Shown here: positions 1 through 10,299 of the stretch, one piece after another | Layout of the letters: the number at the start of each line of letters is the position of its first letter | Position numbering within the stretch: the first letter of the stretch is position 1 | Assembly: GCA_963803145.1 (NCBI GenBank) | Contig: CAWDLW010000008.1 | Span: 96,001-160,000 of the forward strand | Length of the DNA stretch: 64,000 nucleotides | Source of the DNA: Methanotrichaceae archaeon | GTDB taxonomy: Archaea; Halobacteriota; Methanosarcinia; Methanotrichales; Methanotrichaceae | Direction of reading: 5' to 3' | Translations under genes and position numbers: made by a program | Notes under the pieces: model-generated | Database searches by the model: none | What the model was told of the DNA's origin: nothing | Seen by the model: the letters and a program-made list of their open reading frames with translations, nothing else

Positions 1-36
1 AAGTAGAGATGGCGATGTGCAGATACGACTTATCTT

Positions 37-240
37 TTATGGTCCGAATAATCCATGTAACTCACTAGATTTTGTAGATTCTCCGTCACGCCAGTAAAAG
101 CCCAGAGGATAGCCAGTGCCATTCACCTTGATACTGATAGTTCCTATGCCAAGACCTGTGCTTCCTTCGGGCCTGGTATCATTTGCATGTGGGCTCACAG
201 TAGAATCAATGATTGGTATCAACACCTCATCAGTCCGCAC
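37..240 (-). pseudogene. Probable 3' fragment of a hypothetical gene
   Basis: The translation (IIDST..PH..DTR..G.TGLGIGTI...G.P.GFYWR) reads like a protein C-terminus. The frame is closed by TGA about 10 codons upstream and has no good start or SD. Confidence 0.3.
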
Positions 241-671
241 CGAATTTACCGAGAGCCTTTGCCGAACTCAGGTAATGGACAGAATTCATTGCAAGGAGAA
301 ATACAAAAAATAAAGCGATCTTTTTTCGCATCGATTGATACCCGTTGGATATAGCGCAATACTATTTAAAAAGTTTATCATGACTTATGGCCTGCAACCT
401 TCTGACTGGATGAATAGCCAATGGCCAATAGCCAATAGTCAATGGCAGAAGATTTGAGAGCGTAATAATGGATGTGCGTGAAGGATGTCTCGGCTGGACT
501 CAGTTCTGTCGCTTTCATAAGATTATCAATGTGGCTATGACCATTCTTATTCAGGGCCTTACAAACGGTATATGCTTTCATCAATCTAGATTCAACCCTT
601 GATTCAACCATAATAATTGAAATCCACAATTTTGTACCAAAATGCGGCAATGTAAACTCTTTTGATACCAG

Positions 672-1130
672 CTAAAACTGTCGATTGCACCGCTTGATCT
701 TACATATGCACTTACTCGTGGATAGCGGCCCATACCTCTGAATGTCCTTTCCGCTAATCCCCGAATGGTATCGCCACGCTAATCTGGTATCCTCTGTGAT
801 CTTAAATGTATCCGGAGTGCACATTGGCAGTTTCCATCCAGCTTGGTTTTTCTCAAAAATATAGTAAATCCAGAAGTGATTGATATCGACTTTGAACCCA
901 TCGACGGCTGTAACCATAGCCCCATGATGGCCCGTAGCGCTCTCGTCTGGCGTATATTCGATATCTGCTGCTCCTTCTAAGGCATCCAGTGCATTGATCC
1001 CAGGCTCTGCTAATAGTTTCTTATGCCTGACAATATCATTGCCGTAGTTAATGTATACATCAATTTGTATTTTGTTGCGGCTGTGTATCTTGTTGCGGCT
1101 GAACAGCATTGGTCCATATCTTCGCATCAA
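672..1130 (-). CDS. DUF4430-like (transcobalamin C-terminal-like/beta-grasp) protein
   Basis: Pattern NALDAL...IEY...GAMVTAVDG...FWIYY...AWRY is typical of DUF4430. An 18-bp tandem duplication encodes SRNKIH/SRNKIQ. Confidence 0.6.
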   Translation of the reverse strand: MMRRYGPMLFSRNKIHSRNKIQIDVYINYGNDIVRHKKLLAEPGINALDALEGAADIEYTPDESATGHHGAMVTAVDGFKVDINHFWIYYIFEKNQAGWKLPMCTPDTFKITEDTRLAWRYHSGISGKDIQRYGPLSTSKCICKIKRCNRQF

Positions 1131-1498
1131 GGTTCATAAACTTTTCATGCTATCGGCATCAGACACAACACGGAGTACTACAGCAATAATATACGGCATT
1201 CAGGCAGGGGCGGCAGATGGACTACTTTAGGTACGCCGTGCCACGTATCGCCATAGCTAAGGAGATAGCCGAGAACGATTGATTTGATTATGCTTGAAAA
1301 CCTTAAGCTTGCCACGGATCATTGAGCGGCACAATAAGGCCAAAATCAGCAAGCTATTCTGTAGCTGCCACCTACTGCTAATACGGAATGGCAATTAGAA
1401 TAGAACCTTTTTATGCTTCTGTCTAATTTCTGAATCAAAAATGGGAACAATCGTCTATATGGTCTAATAGGACCCTAGTAGTTTTCATGGTGAGGGAG

Positions 1499-1785
1499 AT
1501 GAAGTATCTGGGATTGGCTGTAATAGCAAGCTTAATGAGGCAATCTCTAGGCACTGCCACCTCCTCCTCTAGCGATAGCATCTCAAATCTCAAAAAAAGC
1601 TCACTTCAGCCAACGAAGGCCATCTGATTAATTCCCAGCATCTGGCATTCTTCCTCGCCACTCATAATTACGATGTTACGCCGAAAGATGGGTATGTGGA
1701 GCTTAAGCTTGATGGACAAGCGTATAAGCTCACTCCCAATGGGAATAAGCCCGAACTTTATGAAAAGGTAAAATTAAATTCGTAG
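1499..1785 (+). pseudogene. Small exported protein gene frameshifted at an A7 run
   Basis: SD GAGGGAG + ATG 1499 gives MKYLGLAVIASL.... Coding-like sequence continues in the -1 frame after A7 (1592-1598) as LTSANE...LAFFLATHNYDVTPKDGYVELKLDG... to TAG 1785. Confidence 0.55.
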
Positions 1786-1797
1786 GGGTAATATAAT

Positions 1798-2067
1798 ATG
1801 TCAAATAAGAGAAATCCAAATGCGGTCACAGCTCAAATCTTAGAGTTATGCATGGATGGTGCAAACAAGACAAGAGTCATATATCAGGCGAACCTGAACT
1901 CTGTAGTAGGCAATCGCTATTTAGCGAATCTGAAAGAAAATGGATTCATAGATGCCATACCTGATGGCTCTAGGTTCATATATAAAACAACACCGAAGGG
2001 GCTGGAACTACAAGAGAAACTTGGGCAGTTCCAAAGCCTGATCGATAAGTTATACTCAAGCGTATAA
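1798..2067 (+). CDS. Winged helix-turn-helix transcriptional regulator (archaeal ArnR1/HTH_45-like)
   Basis: ILELC..GANKTRVIYQANLN...YL..L...GFI...YKTTPKG signature. Confidence 0.85.
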   Translation: MSNKRNPNAVTAQILELCMDGANKTRVIYQANLNSVVGNRYLANLKENGFIDAIPDGSRFIYKTTPKGLELQEKLGQFQSLIDKLYSSV

Positions 2068-2661
2068 CCAAGTCATTGCTGCATCACGTTCATAACCAGC
2101 GCCGCAATGAAAATATGGATATGGCGCTATTTTAACCTTTAGATGGAGTGAACCGGTTTAATAAGCGATTAACTACGCCCCAACTCGACTTCGAACGACC
2201 TGAAGCAAGAATAAGAAGGGGCGATTAAGTTATCGGCTTTAGAGGGAGATACGCCCCTTCACCTATCCATTAAAGGTGATCATAGTTTAAATATTTTATG
2301 AATTTCAGATTCATATTTCGCTTTTTGTAGTGCTTCTTTCAGCCTTTTGCCTTATGCTTTCAGCCTTAGACTGCACTGTTGCGTCATGTGGTTAAAAGAT
2401 AGCGGGCTACATTATCACTTTTTGCTTCCTTGTCATAGCTACTATAATACGTAACAGGACATCCTTGGAATTCAGATGAAGCATTGGAGCAGGGATTATA
2501 GAGCATATCTGCCATCCTTCCCCTTTATGGATAGATCCTCTTTTCAATCATTGCACTTTCCCTAAGGGACGATGTTCTAGCTTTCAGTTACAGTTCTCTC
2601 CTAAGATAAAGGGTACTATTTTAAGTTATTTAGGTTACAATACATCTATGAGGGAAGAAGA

Positions 2662-3837
2662 ATGGACCGAAATGTTGCTGATGCGCTTGTTAAAGAAATT
2701 ATGCTGGATTTCGCCCGGATAACAGGACTTGAACCTGTTAATGCCCACGCTAAACGATACTTATGGACGGATGCATTCGCAGTATGCAACTACCTCGAGC
2801 TTTTTCGCCGGACGAAGGATGTCACATATCGGGATCTAGCTTTGCGACTGGTTGATCAGGTACATCACACCCTCGGTCGGCACCGTGATGACGACCCTAG
2901 ACGCGGCTGGATTAGCAGCCTTGATGAGCAGGAGGGCGAGCAGCACCCGACAATAAGGGGCCTCAGGATTGGAAAGCAGCTGAACGAGCGGAAGGTTGAC
3001 GAGCCATTTAATGAGCGTTTGGAATGGGATCAGGATGGGCAGTACTACCATTACCTGACGAAGTGGATGCATGCTCTCAACCGTGTGAGCCAGGTCACAG
3101 GAGATCCAAACTATCTCAAATGGGCGATAGAACTTGCCCAGGCGGCCCACAGCAGATTCACATATGCCTCCAAATCTGGAGGAAGAAGGAGAATGTACTG
3201 GAAAATGAGCATCGATCTGAGTTATCCTCTTGTTCCCTCAATGGGCCAGCATGATCCTCTCGACGGTCTTGTCACATATTGCGAGCTGCAGGCGACGGCA
3301 ACAAGAGATTTCAAAGAATCGTCATTGCCCAGTCTCAAGCATGAGATTGCAGATATGGCCGAAATCTGCAGAGGCATGGGATTGGCTACAGACGATCCTC
3401 TGGGAATCGGCGGACTTCTTTCGGATTCTTCACGAATTGCACAGTTGATGATGCAGTGTAGTTCAAATTACGAGAGCCTGCTTGATGCAGTCGTGAACTC
3501 TGCCCTGCTTGGAATGGAAGCATTTACAAGAAGCGGTTCACTGGAATATCCTGCAGAGTACCGACTTGCCTTCCGCGAGCTTGGGCTGTCTATTGGGCTC
3601 TCGGCGGTCGAAAAATTGCAGAAATGGACTCAGGGAAATCCGAGCCTGTTCCAAAGAGAGGGTCATCTGCATCGTCGGGTTGAAGATCTTATGGGATATG
3701 AGCCGCTTCGGGAAACGATAGAACAGTTTTGGATAGATGGCAGAAACAGAGAGGCTAGTACCTGGACAGAGCATCGTGAAATAAATATGGTCATGCTTGC
3801 GACAAGTGTTTCTCCGGATGAATTCCTGATGATCTGA
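2662..3837 (+). CDS. Conserved hypothetical protein (RYLWTDAF family, probable alpha/alpha-toroid fold)
   Basis: 391-aa ORF with SD GAGGG; motifs RYLWTDAFAVCN, GLRIGK, DGQYYHYLTKWMHAL, RLAFRELGL. Confidence 0.75.
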   Translation: MDRNVADALVKEIMLDFARITGLEPVNAHAKRYLWTDAFAVCNYLELFRRTKDVTYRDLALRLVDQVHHTLGRHRDDDPRRGWISSLDEQEGEQHPTIRGLRIGKQLNERKVDEPFNERLEWDQDGQYYHYLTKWMHALNRVSQVTGDPNYLKWAIELAQAAHSRFTYASKSGGRRRMYWKMSIDLSYPLVPSMGQHDPLDGLVTYCELQATATRDFKESSLPSLKHEIADMAEICRGMGLATDDPLGIGGLLSDSSRIAQLMMQCSSNYESLLDAVVNSALLGMEAFTRSGSLEYPAEYRLAFRELGLSIGLSAVEKLQKWTQGNPSLFQREGHLHRRVEDLMGYEPLRETIEQFWIDGRNREASTWTEHREINMVMLATSVSPDEFLMI

Positions 3838-3939
3838 GTATTTGAGGTCAATATCAGAGAGTTTGATGTTAGTAATTCAAATGCATCGTTCTTTGATTGT
3901 TCTAACTATGTACAAAGAAGATCTAGGAGACGAACCCGC

Positions 3940-4148
3940 CAAGATATCCTGGTTCCAACGGTCGCTGTAGGTCTTGCCGAGATGGGCGATAAGACCCAGT
4001 TCTCTCTGTCATGGCCATTTACCTCGGCAGGTTCATTCCAGGCAAGATATATAGAAAAATGATAACAAAGGTTGCAGGTGTTGTCTTCATATTGATAGGA
4101 TTATCGTTTATAATTTCTGCAGCATCTGCATTTGCCGGTCATATTTAG
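3940..4148 (+). pseudogene. Internally deleted UPF0016 (TMEM165/GDT1) Mn2+/Ca2+ transporter gene
   Basis: One frame reads VAVGLAEMGDKTQFS (the family E-x-G-D-K-T motif). It is joined out of frame to VMAIYLGRFI...TKVAGVVFILIGLSFII (final TM helices). Confidence 0.7.
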
Positions 4149-4241
4149 ATAAGACCACGGCATTTGTAGAGAAACATTCTTGTAGCATAGGACCATAATG
4201 AGATACTCTAATAATAAGAGACCCGCGGAGGATAATAGTAT

Positions 4242-5195
4242 TTGATATCAATCGAGTTCCTGCTTTGGGCGATTTTTGGAGCCTCTATTTTAATTATGCT
4301 CGCCCTCGATCTGGGCATATTTCACAGAAAATCTCATGAGATAAGCATCAAGGAGGCGCTAATTTGGAGCCTCATCTGGATTGTAATTGCTGCAGCCTTC
4401 AATGTCCTCGTCTACCTATGGATGGGAACTGAGGCAGCCATCGAGTTCACAGCGGGCTATTTAGTCGAGAGAATGTTGAGCTTTGATAATTTGTTCGTCT
4501 TCCTGCTTGTATTCTCCTACTTCAAGGTTCCATCCCTTTACCAATATAAGGTGCTCTTCTGGGGAATTTTGGCGGCGCTTGTCATGAGGGGAGCATTTAT
4601 AGTCGCAGGAATCGAACTGATCGATAACTTTCACTGGATAATCTATCTATTCGGAGCATTCCTCCTTGTAACCGGCCTGAAGATGTTTGTACGAAAGGAT
4701 GAGGATGAAATAGATGTTGGAGGTAATCCAGTGCTTAAGTTATGCAGAAGGTTTTTGCCGACCACTGACAACTACAGCGATGGCAACTTCTTCATCCGAA
4801 CTGCAGGAAAGTTCTTTGCAACGCCGTTATTCATAGTACTTCTAGTTGTGGAGACAACAGACATAATCTTCGCCTTCGACTCTGTGCCTGCAATCCTAGG
4901 AATAACACTGAAGCCCTTCGTGGTTTACACATCGAATATATTCGCAATACTTGGCCTGCGTTCACTTTACTTCGCACTGGCCGGATGTATGACGATGTTC
5001 CATTACCTAGGCCACGGCGTGACACTCATACTGATATTCATCGGAACAAAGATGCTGCTCTCAGGGTTCTATGAGATAGATGCTGGGATTGCCCTGGGGG
5101 TTATCGTTCTAATTCTCGCCGGGTCAATTGGGCTATCTATACTCTTGCCGAACGGCAGATCATGCAAGGTTAAGTCCGGATCTAATTCGAAGTGA
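4242..5195 (+). CDS. TerC/Alx family membrane protein (metal/Mn homeostasis)
   Basis: LALDLG, GYLVERMLSFDNLFVF, VETTDIIFAFDSVPAI, TSNIFAILGLRSLYF motifs. Confidence 0.93.
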   Translation: MISIEFLLWAIFGASILIMLALDLGIFHRKSHEISIKEALIWSLIWIVIAAAFNVLVYLWMGTEAAIEFTAGYLVERMLSFDNLFVFLLVFSYFKVPSLYQYKVLFWGILAALVMRGAFIVAGIELIDNFHWIIYLFGAFLLVTGLKMFVRKDEDEIDVGGNPVLKLCRRFLPTTDNYSDGNFFIRTAGKFFATPLFIVLLVVETTDIIFAFDSVPAILGITLKPFVVYTSNIFAILGLRSLYFALAGCMTMFHYLGHGVTLILIFIGTKMLLSGFYEIDAGIALGVIVLILAGSIGLSILLPNGRSCKVKSGSNSK

Positions 5196-5373
5196 TAGCC
5201 CATGATAAAGCTCAAAGAGCACTTCGAGATGATGGAACTTTGTGTCTGTGAAAATGCATAAGCTTTTGACCACAATTGGATGAAAGAGATAAAAAGTAAA
5301 TACCAGGGAAAACGCCAATTACCTAGAGCGTCCCTCTTCAGTACCTTTATTTTAATACTGCCCTCCTATCCGC

Positions 5374-5799
5374 CTATTGTTGACTGAAGGCCGGTAAAAT
5401 GCCGAGCTGAGCCATCAAACCCAGCAGATTTGCCTCGCCCCAAAGCTCTGCGATCTTGCCGTCCTCGATCCTAAAGATCTCGATACCTGTCATAGTTATC
5501 GGCTTACCTGTTGGAGGCAGGTTCATAAAGCTACCCTTATGGACACCACGTGCTATAAATCGGGCAGTCACTTCATCTCCTTCTGCAACCAAATCTTCTA
5601 CTGCGACATTAAGGTGCTCGAAGGCCGCACGACATGTGGAGATGATATCGTTTATGCCCTGTATGCCTGGGGCAGAAGGAAGCGGCGTATGCAGTGAGAA
5701 GTTGGGAGATAAAAGCTCGGTTGCAGCTCCCAAGTTTCCTTTTGAAGGCCCTTCCTCAAAGAACCTTCGAACGATTGCCTTGTTTTCTTCTATAGACAT
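5374..5799 (-). CDS. SnoaL-like ester cyclase family protein
   Basis: ENKAIVRRF, EDLVAEGD.V, G.H.G.FM.LPPTGK, IFRIEDGKIAE.W. Confidence 0.9.
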   Translation of the reverse strand: MSIEENKAIVRRFFEEGPSKGNLGAATELLSPNFSLHTPLPSAPGIQGINDIISTCRAAFEHLNVAVEDLVAEGDEVTARFIARGVHKGSFMNLPPTGKPITMTGIEIFRIEDGKIAELWGEANLLGLMAQLGILPAFSQQ

Positions 5800-5862
5800 T
5801 TATTCCTCCGTAATACATATTTACAAAAATGTGATAAAAAGATAGTTCTCTGAAATCTTTGG

Positions 5863-6201
5863 TTACTGCACCTTTGTAGCCTCTTTTGGTCTGGGTGTCT
5901 TGACCACGAGAATGCGCCCAAGGCTGTTACCTTCGTTGATTAGGCGGTGAGGTATCTTGGCAGGGCTCTCTATAAGAGTATCCGGACCCGCTACTGCCCT
6001 CTCATCGCCGATTTCGACAGTTACTTTGCCCTCCAGAATGTAAAAGAAGACATCCACTGGGGTGATATGCTTCTTTAAAGCCTGCCCGGGCTTCAAGGCT
6101 ATATGAGCTACCTGGGCATTTTTAGTATCGCTGATACTTCGTACATCAACGCCATGTGGATTCGGCTTGCTTTCAACATTTTTTACTTCAACAATCTTCG
6201 T
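5863..6201 (-). CDS. Cupin domain protein (112 aa); start codon is ACG
   Basis: The frame extends upstream of the tracked TTG as (T/M)KIVEVKNVESKPNPHGVDVR..., behind SD GAGGGTG. Cupin motifs H.TPVDVFFYILEG and IESPAKIPH are present. Confidence 0.8.
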   Translation of the reverse strand, partial: TKIVEVKNVESKPNPHGVDVRSISDTKNAQVAHIALKPGQALKKHITPVDVFFYILEGKVTVEIGDERAVAGPDTLIESPAKIPHRLINEGNSLGRILVVKTPRPKEATKVQ

Positions 6202-6311
6202 CTCAACACCCTCACAAGTTCATTTTACTCTCTATGATGGCGCTCGTCCTCATATTATAGTATATTAATGATACCAACCTATATAGAGTAGAATGTTTCT
6301 AGAAGGATACT

Positions 6312-6520
6312 ATGCAGGATGTGCTGTTAACCCGGCGGTCAGATATATTGCAAGGAAATGGACACTGCTGATACTCCTGGAGCTATACTAAGGAAATGAT
6401 CATGCAAAGATACTTTCAGAGCTGAATGTCTGCCTCGAATGTATTAATCAGAAAATGCTTTCTGCATGTACAGCTGAAGGAGCTGGAGAAAAGGAATAAT
6501 AGAGATCGGGTTGAATATAA
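6312..6520 (+). pseudogene. Degraded HxlR-family winged-helix regulator, divergent from the cupin gene
   Basis: Fragments CAVNPAVRYIARKWTLLILLELY*, INQKMLSA and LKELEK, with stops and frameshifts. The 3' end is approximate. Confidence 0.65.
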
Positions 6521-6558
6521 TTGAGAAGGTAGATTCTGCCTCATGTCATTTTTATCTT

Positions 6559-9500
6559 TCAAATTTTATTCTTGGGGGGGGTAATATTGCGCAGTAGCAT
6601 TGCAAGATCGTCAACTTTTACAGGCTTTGCGATGTAGTCGTCCGCGCCGGCTTCCAGGCACTTCTCACGATCGCCATCCATTGCGAAAGCCGTGATAGCT
6701 ACTACCTTCGGCCCATTTTCGGGCCAGAGCTTTCGTATCTCCCTGGTGGCAGTGAGTCCATCCATCTCTGGCATCTGTATATCCATGAATACTAGGTCGT
6801 AAGGCCGGATTTGAAGAGCTTGCAGCACTTCGCGGCCATCTGCAACAGCGTCGGGCCTGTACCCCAACCGTTTCAGCATCTCAACGAGAACCCTCTGGTT
6901 TGAAGGATTGTCTTCGGCCACAAGAATGCTCAGGGGCTTTTGGGCCGAGAGGTTCTCATACTCAACTCTATCCTTCTCATCTAAATCTAATTGCTTTCCT
7001 GGGATAGTCTCTGCCTGGATTGTGAATCTGAAAGTAGAGCCTTTGCCTTCATCGCTTTCTGCCCAGATCTCTCCACCCATAAGTTCAACAAGCTTCTTGC
7101 TTATGGCGAGTCCGAGTCCTGCGCCATCACGCTTGCGGCTTATTACATATTCAAGCTGCGTAAAGGGTAGGAAAAGTCTATCCATCTTATCCTGGGGCAT
7201 ACCTATGCCAGTATCCTTGGCTGCGAAGGTTATCTGGCGCTTATTGCCTTCGAGTGTTTTGGAGGAGACTGATACGGATATATCCCCAACATCAGTAAAC
7301 TTGACAGCATTACTAAGCAAATTGACTAGAACCTGTCGAAGCCTTCCGGGATCACTGATGATAGTATCTGGGGTCCCGTAGCTGACGGTATAAGCGAGGT
7401 TCAAGCCTTTTTTATCGGCCTGCACAGCCACCATATCCATAGACTCTTCGATGCAACGCCTGAGGCTGAGAGGCTGATGCTCCAGCGTTATCTTCTCCTT
7501 CTCTGCCCTGGAAAACTCAAGGATATCGCTGATGATTGATAGGAGAGCTTCACCACCCTTCCTGATTCTCTCAATATCCTCCTTCTGATCCTGTGTGAGA
7601 TTATCAGCCAGGAGAAGGCTAGAGAAACCGATCACTGCATTCAGGGGTGTCCTTAGCTCATGACTCATGTTTGCCAGGAAAGCTGCCTTGGCCTCGACCG
7701 CCGCTTCTGCAGCCTCCTTCGATCTTCTTAGTTCCTCTTCGGCCTTCTTGCGGTATGTGATATCCATAGTTGCGCAGGTTATGCCTTCAATCTCTCCCGT
7801 CGCATTACGCAAAGGCTCTACAGTAAGGTCGCCAAAGACTTCCACTCCATTGACCGTTACTCGGACCTCCGCTCGTTCTCCAATGCCGCGCTCCAATACC
7901 CTGCGCTTGATCTTGGTTAGTTCTGCGGCATCTTCTGGGGGGAAAATGTCTTCATCCGTCTTTCCAAGAATTATATCCGTGCTGAGCCCTGGAGTAGGAT
8001 TATACACCCAAGTATATCGAAGATCTCTATCCTGGTTGAATACCGCTATCGGAGAATTTTTAAGGCCAACCCTGAAGCGATCCTCGCTTTCTATCAGAGC
8101 CAGGTTGGCCTTCACAAGTTCAGCAGTCCTTGCCTGGACTCTCAGATCGAGTTCATCCTTTGCTTTGCGAAGCTCCTCCTCCATCTGCTTGCGCTCTGTG
8201 ATATCATGAGTTATGCCAAGGATCTGATGAACATTACCATTTTCATCGAGCAATGGAATGATGTTAATGATGATTACCTGTCCACCCATGCTTGCATGCC
8301 TAGTACGTTCAAGCATCTGAGGCGTCCTGAACTCTATAGCTTGCTTCAAGGCCGGAAGGTAAGAATCGATCAGCTCAGGCGGGAAGATCTCCTCATCTCT
8401 CCGCCCGACCACCTCCTGCTCAGAGCGGCCGATGATCTGAAGGCCCTTGGAATTGATGTATCGTATCCTTCTTTCTGAATCGTAGATCACAAGTACATTG
8501 GGAAAGCTATCTATGGCATCTTTGAACCTCTGCTCGCTCTTGTGCAATGCCTCCTCAGCCTCTTTTAGCTTCGTTAGGTCATTGCCGATAGCGAGAAGCT
8601 CGACCAGATTGCCCTGATCATCGTAGATGGGTTTGTTAGCCCAGGACATCCATACAAGCCTGCCATCTTTTCGAATATTTTGATGAGAATTCGTTGGATA
8701 ACTATCTGGACGATGCATCAAGTCTTCCGCCATCGCCGCAATGTCGTGACCTTCATCATCTTTTATTGGGATGATCGTACCAAGCGCTCTCTTGCCGATA
8801 ATCTCCTCGGGAGAATAGCCAAAGAATTGCAGCCCATACTGGTTCATAAAAGTGATACGCATATCCTTGTCAGCCAACAGAATGACGCTGCCCGAGCCTT
8901 CAACCAGTTGGCGATATTTCTCCTGGCTTTGTCGCAGCGCATCCTCGGCCCGCTTCCGCTCAGTGATATCCTTCATAGTAGCGACTACGCCCGCTATCTC
9001 GCCTTTGTTATCGTAGATCGGGGCAGCAGAGGCAAGGATTGTGAACTTTTTGTCAGAACCATGATCGGCGTCCATTTCGAGATCCCTGACCAATTCGCCT
9101 TTAATTGCCCTATTAAATGGTAGTTCTTCGCATCTGAAGGGCTCACCATTGGGAGAAACTATCGGCTTTATACGTTCGGCAAATGGACGAGTATAATCCT
9201 CCTCAGTCAACCTACTAATTTTCCTAGCTGCTTCATTCATATAGATGATATTTGCTGATTTATCGTATATCACAACGCCATCAGCTATCGATGAGAATGC
9301 TGCTTCCATTTCTCTGGCCTGGCGTTCGGCATTTTTTGCGATGTCTTCTGCTTTCAATTTTTCCAGCTTTATCTCTTCTTCCATGAGCTTACGTTCGGTT
9401 ATGTCCGTAAGGGTGATCACGCAGCCTATGATCCTGCCATTCGTACTCTTCAGAGGTCCGGCGTTCAGGAGCAAGTGAAACAGCATGCCGTCACTTCGCT

Positions 9501-10245
9501 TAAGACTTGCCTCGACCTGCAGTAGAACATCACCTCCCAGAGCCGACGAGATAGGATATAGCTTCTTGCCGACCGGGATCCGCAGGTCGAATAAGTCCTC
9601 AAAACTCTGGAGCGATGGATCACAGCCCAAGATCCTGAGTACAGCATTGCTGAAACGGATGACCTTTCCTCTCTCATCGCAGACTATGACTGCCTCAGCC
9701 GTCTGCTCGATGATGGAACGAGCCAGCTTCTCTGCAGCAACAATCTCTTCTTTTCGCTTCTGCTCTGTCAGGTCGGTGAAAACAACGCAAAAAGCTTCCT
9801 GGGATTCTGAAAGCTGGATGGAATTAATGGAGATATAAACAGGCATTATGCTTTCATCTTCAGCTTGAAGAGTCAGTTCACCCCTGCCGAGGCCCTCCTG
9901 AAGAACTCTGAATGATGCCTGATCAGACTGTGGGATGAAACGGTAGATGGACGAGCCTATCACTTTTTCCAGAGGCGACTTCGTCATATCTGCAAAATGG
10001 CGGTTGCAGTAGAGAATAGTTCCGTCTGAGGTCATGGTGACTGCGCCATCGTTCATGGCCTCAATGAGAATACGGTAGGCGCGATCTGCCCCTTCGAGAG
10101 TGAAAACCTGCTCACCTTGCGATCCGGAGATGACCAGAGCATCTACCTCACCACCTTTTATGGCTCGCAGAAGCTCCTGAGACTCAGCTAAACCTTTACG
10201 CAGCTCTTCGATCTCGGCTAAGAGTTCCTCATAAGATTCGGCCAT
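6559..10245 (-). CDS. Multi-PAS hybrid sensor histidine kinase/response regulator associated with kaiC/kaiB
   Basis: N-terminal LRAIKGGEVDALVI segment, several PAS/PAC repeats (DITERK), H-box FLANMSHELRTPLN, HATPase boxes, receiver ILVAEDN...FMDIQMP...KP. Confidence 0.95.
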   Translation of the reverse strand: MAESYEELLAEIEELRKGLAESQELLRAIKGGEVDALVISGSQGEQVFTLEGADRAYRILIEAMNDGAVTMTSDGTILYCNRHFADMTKSPLEKVIGSSIYRFIPQSDQASFRVLQEGLGRGELTLQAEDESIMPVYISINSIQLSESQEAFCVVFTDLTEQKRKEEIVAAEKLARSIIEQTAEAVIVCDERGKVIRFSNAVLRILGCDPSLQSFEDLFDLRIPVGKKLYPISSALGGDVLLQVEASLKRSDGMLFHLLLNAGPLKSTNGRIIGCVITLTDITERKLMEEEIKLEKLKAEDIAKNAERQAREMEAAFSSIADGVVIYDKSANIIYMNEAARKISRLTEEDYTRPFAERIKPIVSPNGEPFRCEELPFNRAIKGELVRDLEMDADHGSDKKFTILASAAPIYDNKGEIAGVVATMKDITERKRAEDALRQSQEKYRQLVEGSGSVILLADKDMRITFMNQYGLQFFGYSPEEIIGKRALGTIIPIKDDEGHDIAAMAEDLMHRPDSYPTNSHQNIRKDGRLVWMSWANKPIYDDQGNLVELLAIGNDLTKLKEAEEALHKSEQRFKDAIDSFPNVLVIYDSERRIRYINSKGLQIIGRSEQEVVGRRDEEIFPPELIDSYLPALKQAIEFRTPQMLERTRHASMGGQVIIINIIPLLDENGNVHQILGITHDITERKQMEEELRKAKDELDLRVQARTAELVKANLALIESEDRFRVGLKNSPIAVFNQDRDLRYTWVYNPTPGLSTDIILGKTDEDIFPPEDAAELTKIKRRVLERGIGERAEVRVTVNGVEVFGDLTVEPLRNATGEIEGITCATMDITYRKKAEEELRRSKEAAEAAVEAKAAFLANMSHELRTPLNAVIGFSSLLLADNLTQDQKEDIERIRKGGEALLSIISDILEFSRAEKEKITLEHQPLSLRRCIEESMDMVAVQADKKGLNLAYTVSYGTPDTIISDPGRLRQVLVNLLSNAVKFTDVGDISVSVSSKTLEGNKRQITFAAKDTGIGMPQDKMDRLFLPFTQLEYVISRKRDGAGLGLAISKKLVELMGGEIWAESDEGKGSTFRFTIQAETIPGKQLDLDEKDRVEYENLSAQKPLSILVAEDNPSNQRVLVEMLKRLGYRPDAVADGREVLQALQIRPYDLVFMDIQMPEMDGLTATREIRKLWPENGPKVVAITAFAMDGDREKCLEAGADDYIAKPVKVDDLAMLLRNITPPKNKI

Positions 10246-10299
10246 AACGCTGCTCCATCTTCATGGGTTTGTGGAGTTTCATCTCTTGCCTAGGATTAA

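Noticed and set aside
378-650. 90-aa minus-strand ORF
   Set aside because: TTG start, no SD and no recognisable motif; cannot be supported as a gene.
2170-2230. Imperfect inverted repeat (TTAACTACGCCCC / GGGGCGATTAA) as a MITE
   Set aside because: It is short and single-copy in the window, with no clear target duplication.
4150-4241. yybP-ykoY Mn riboswitch ahead of terC/alx
   Set aside because: No recognisable consensus or four-way junction in the short spacer; an Rfam scan would settle it.
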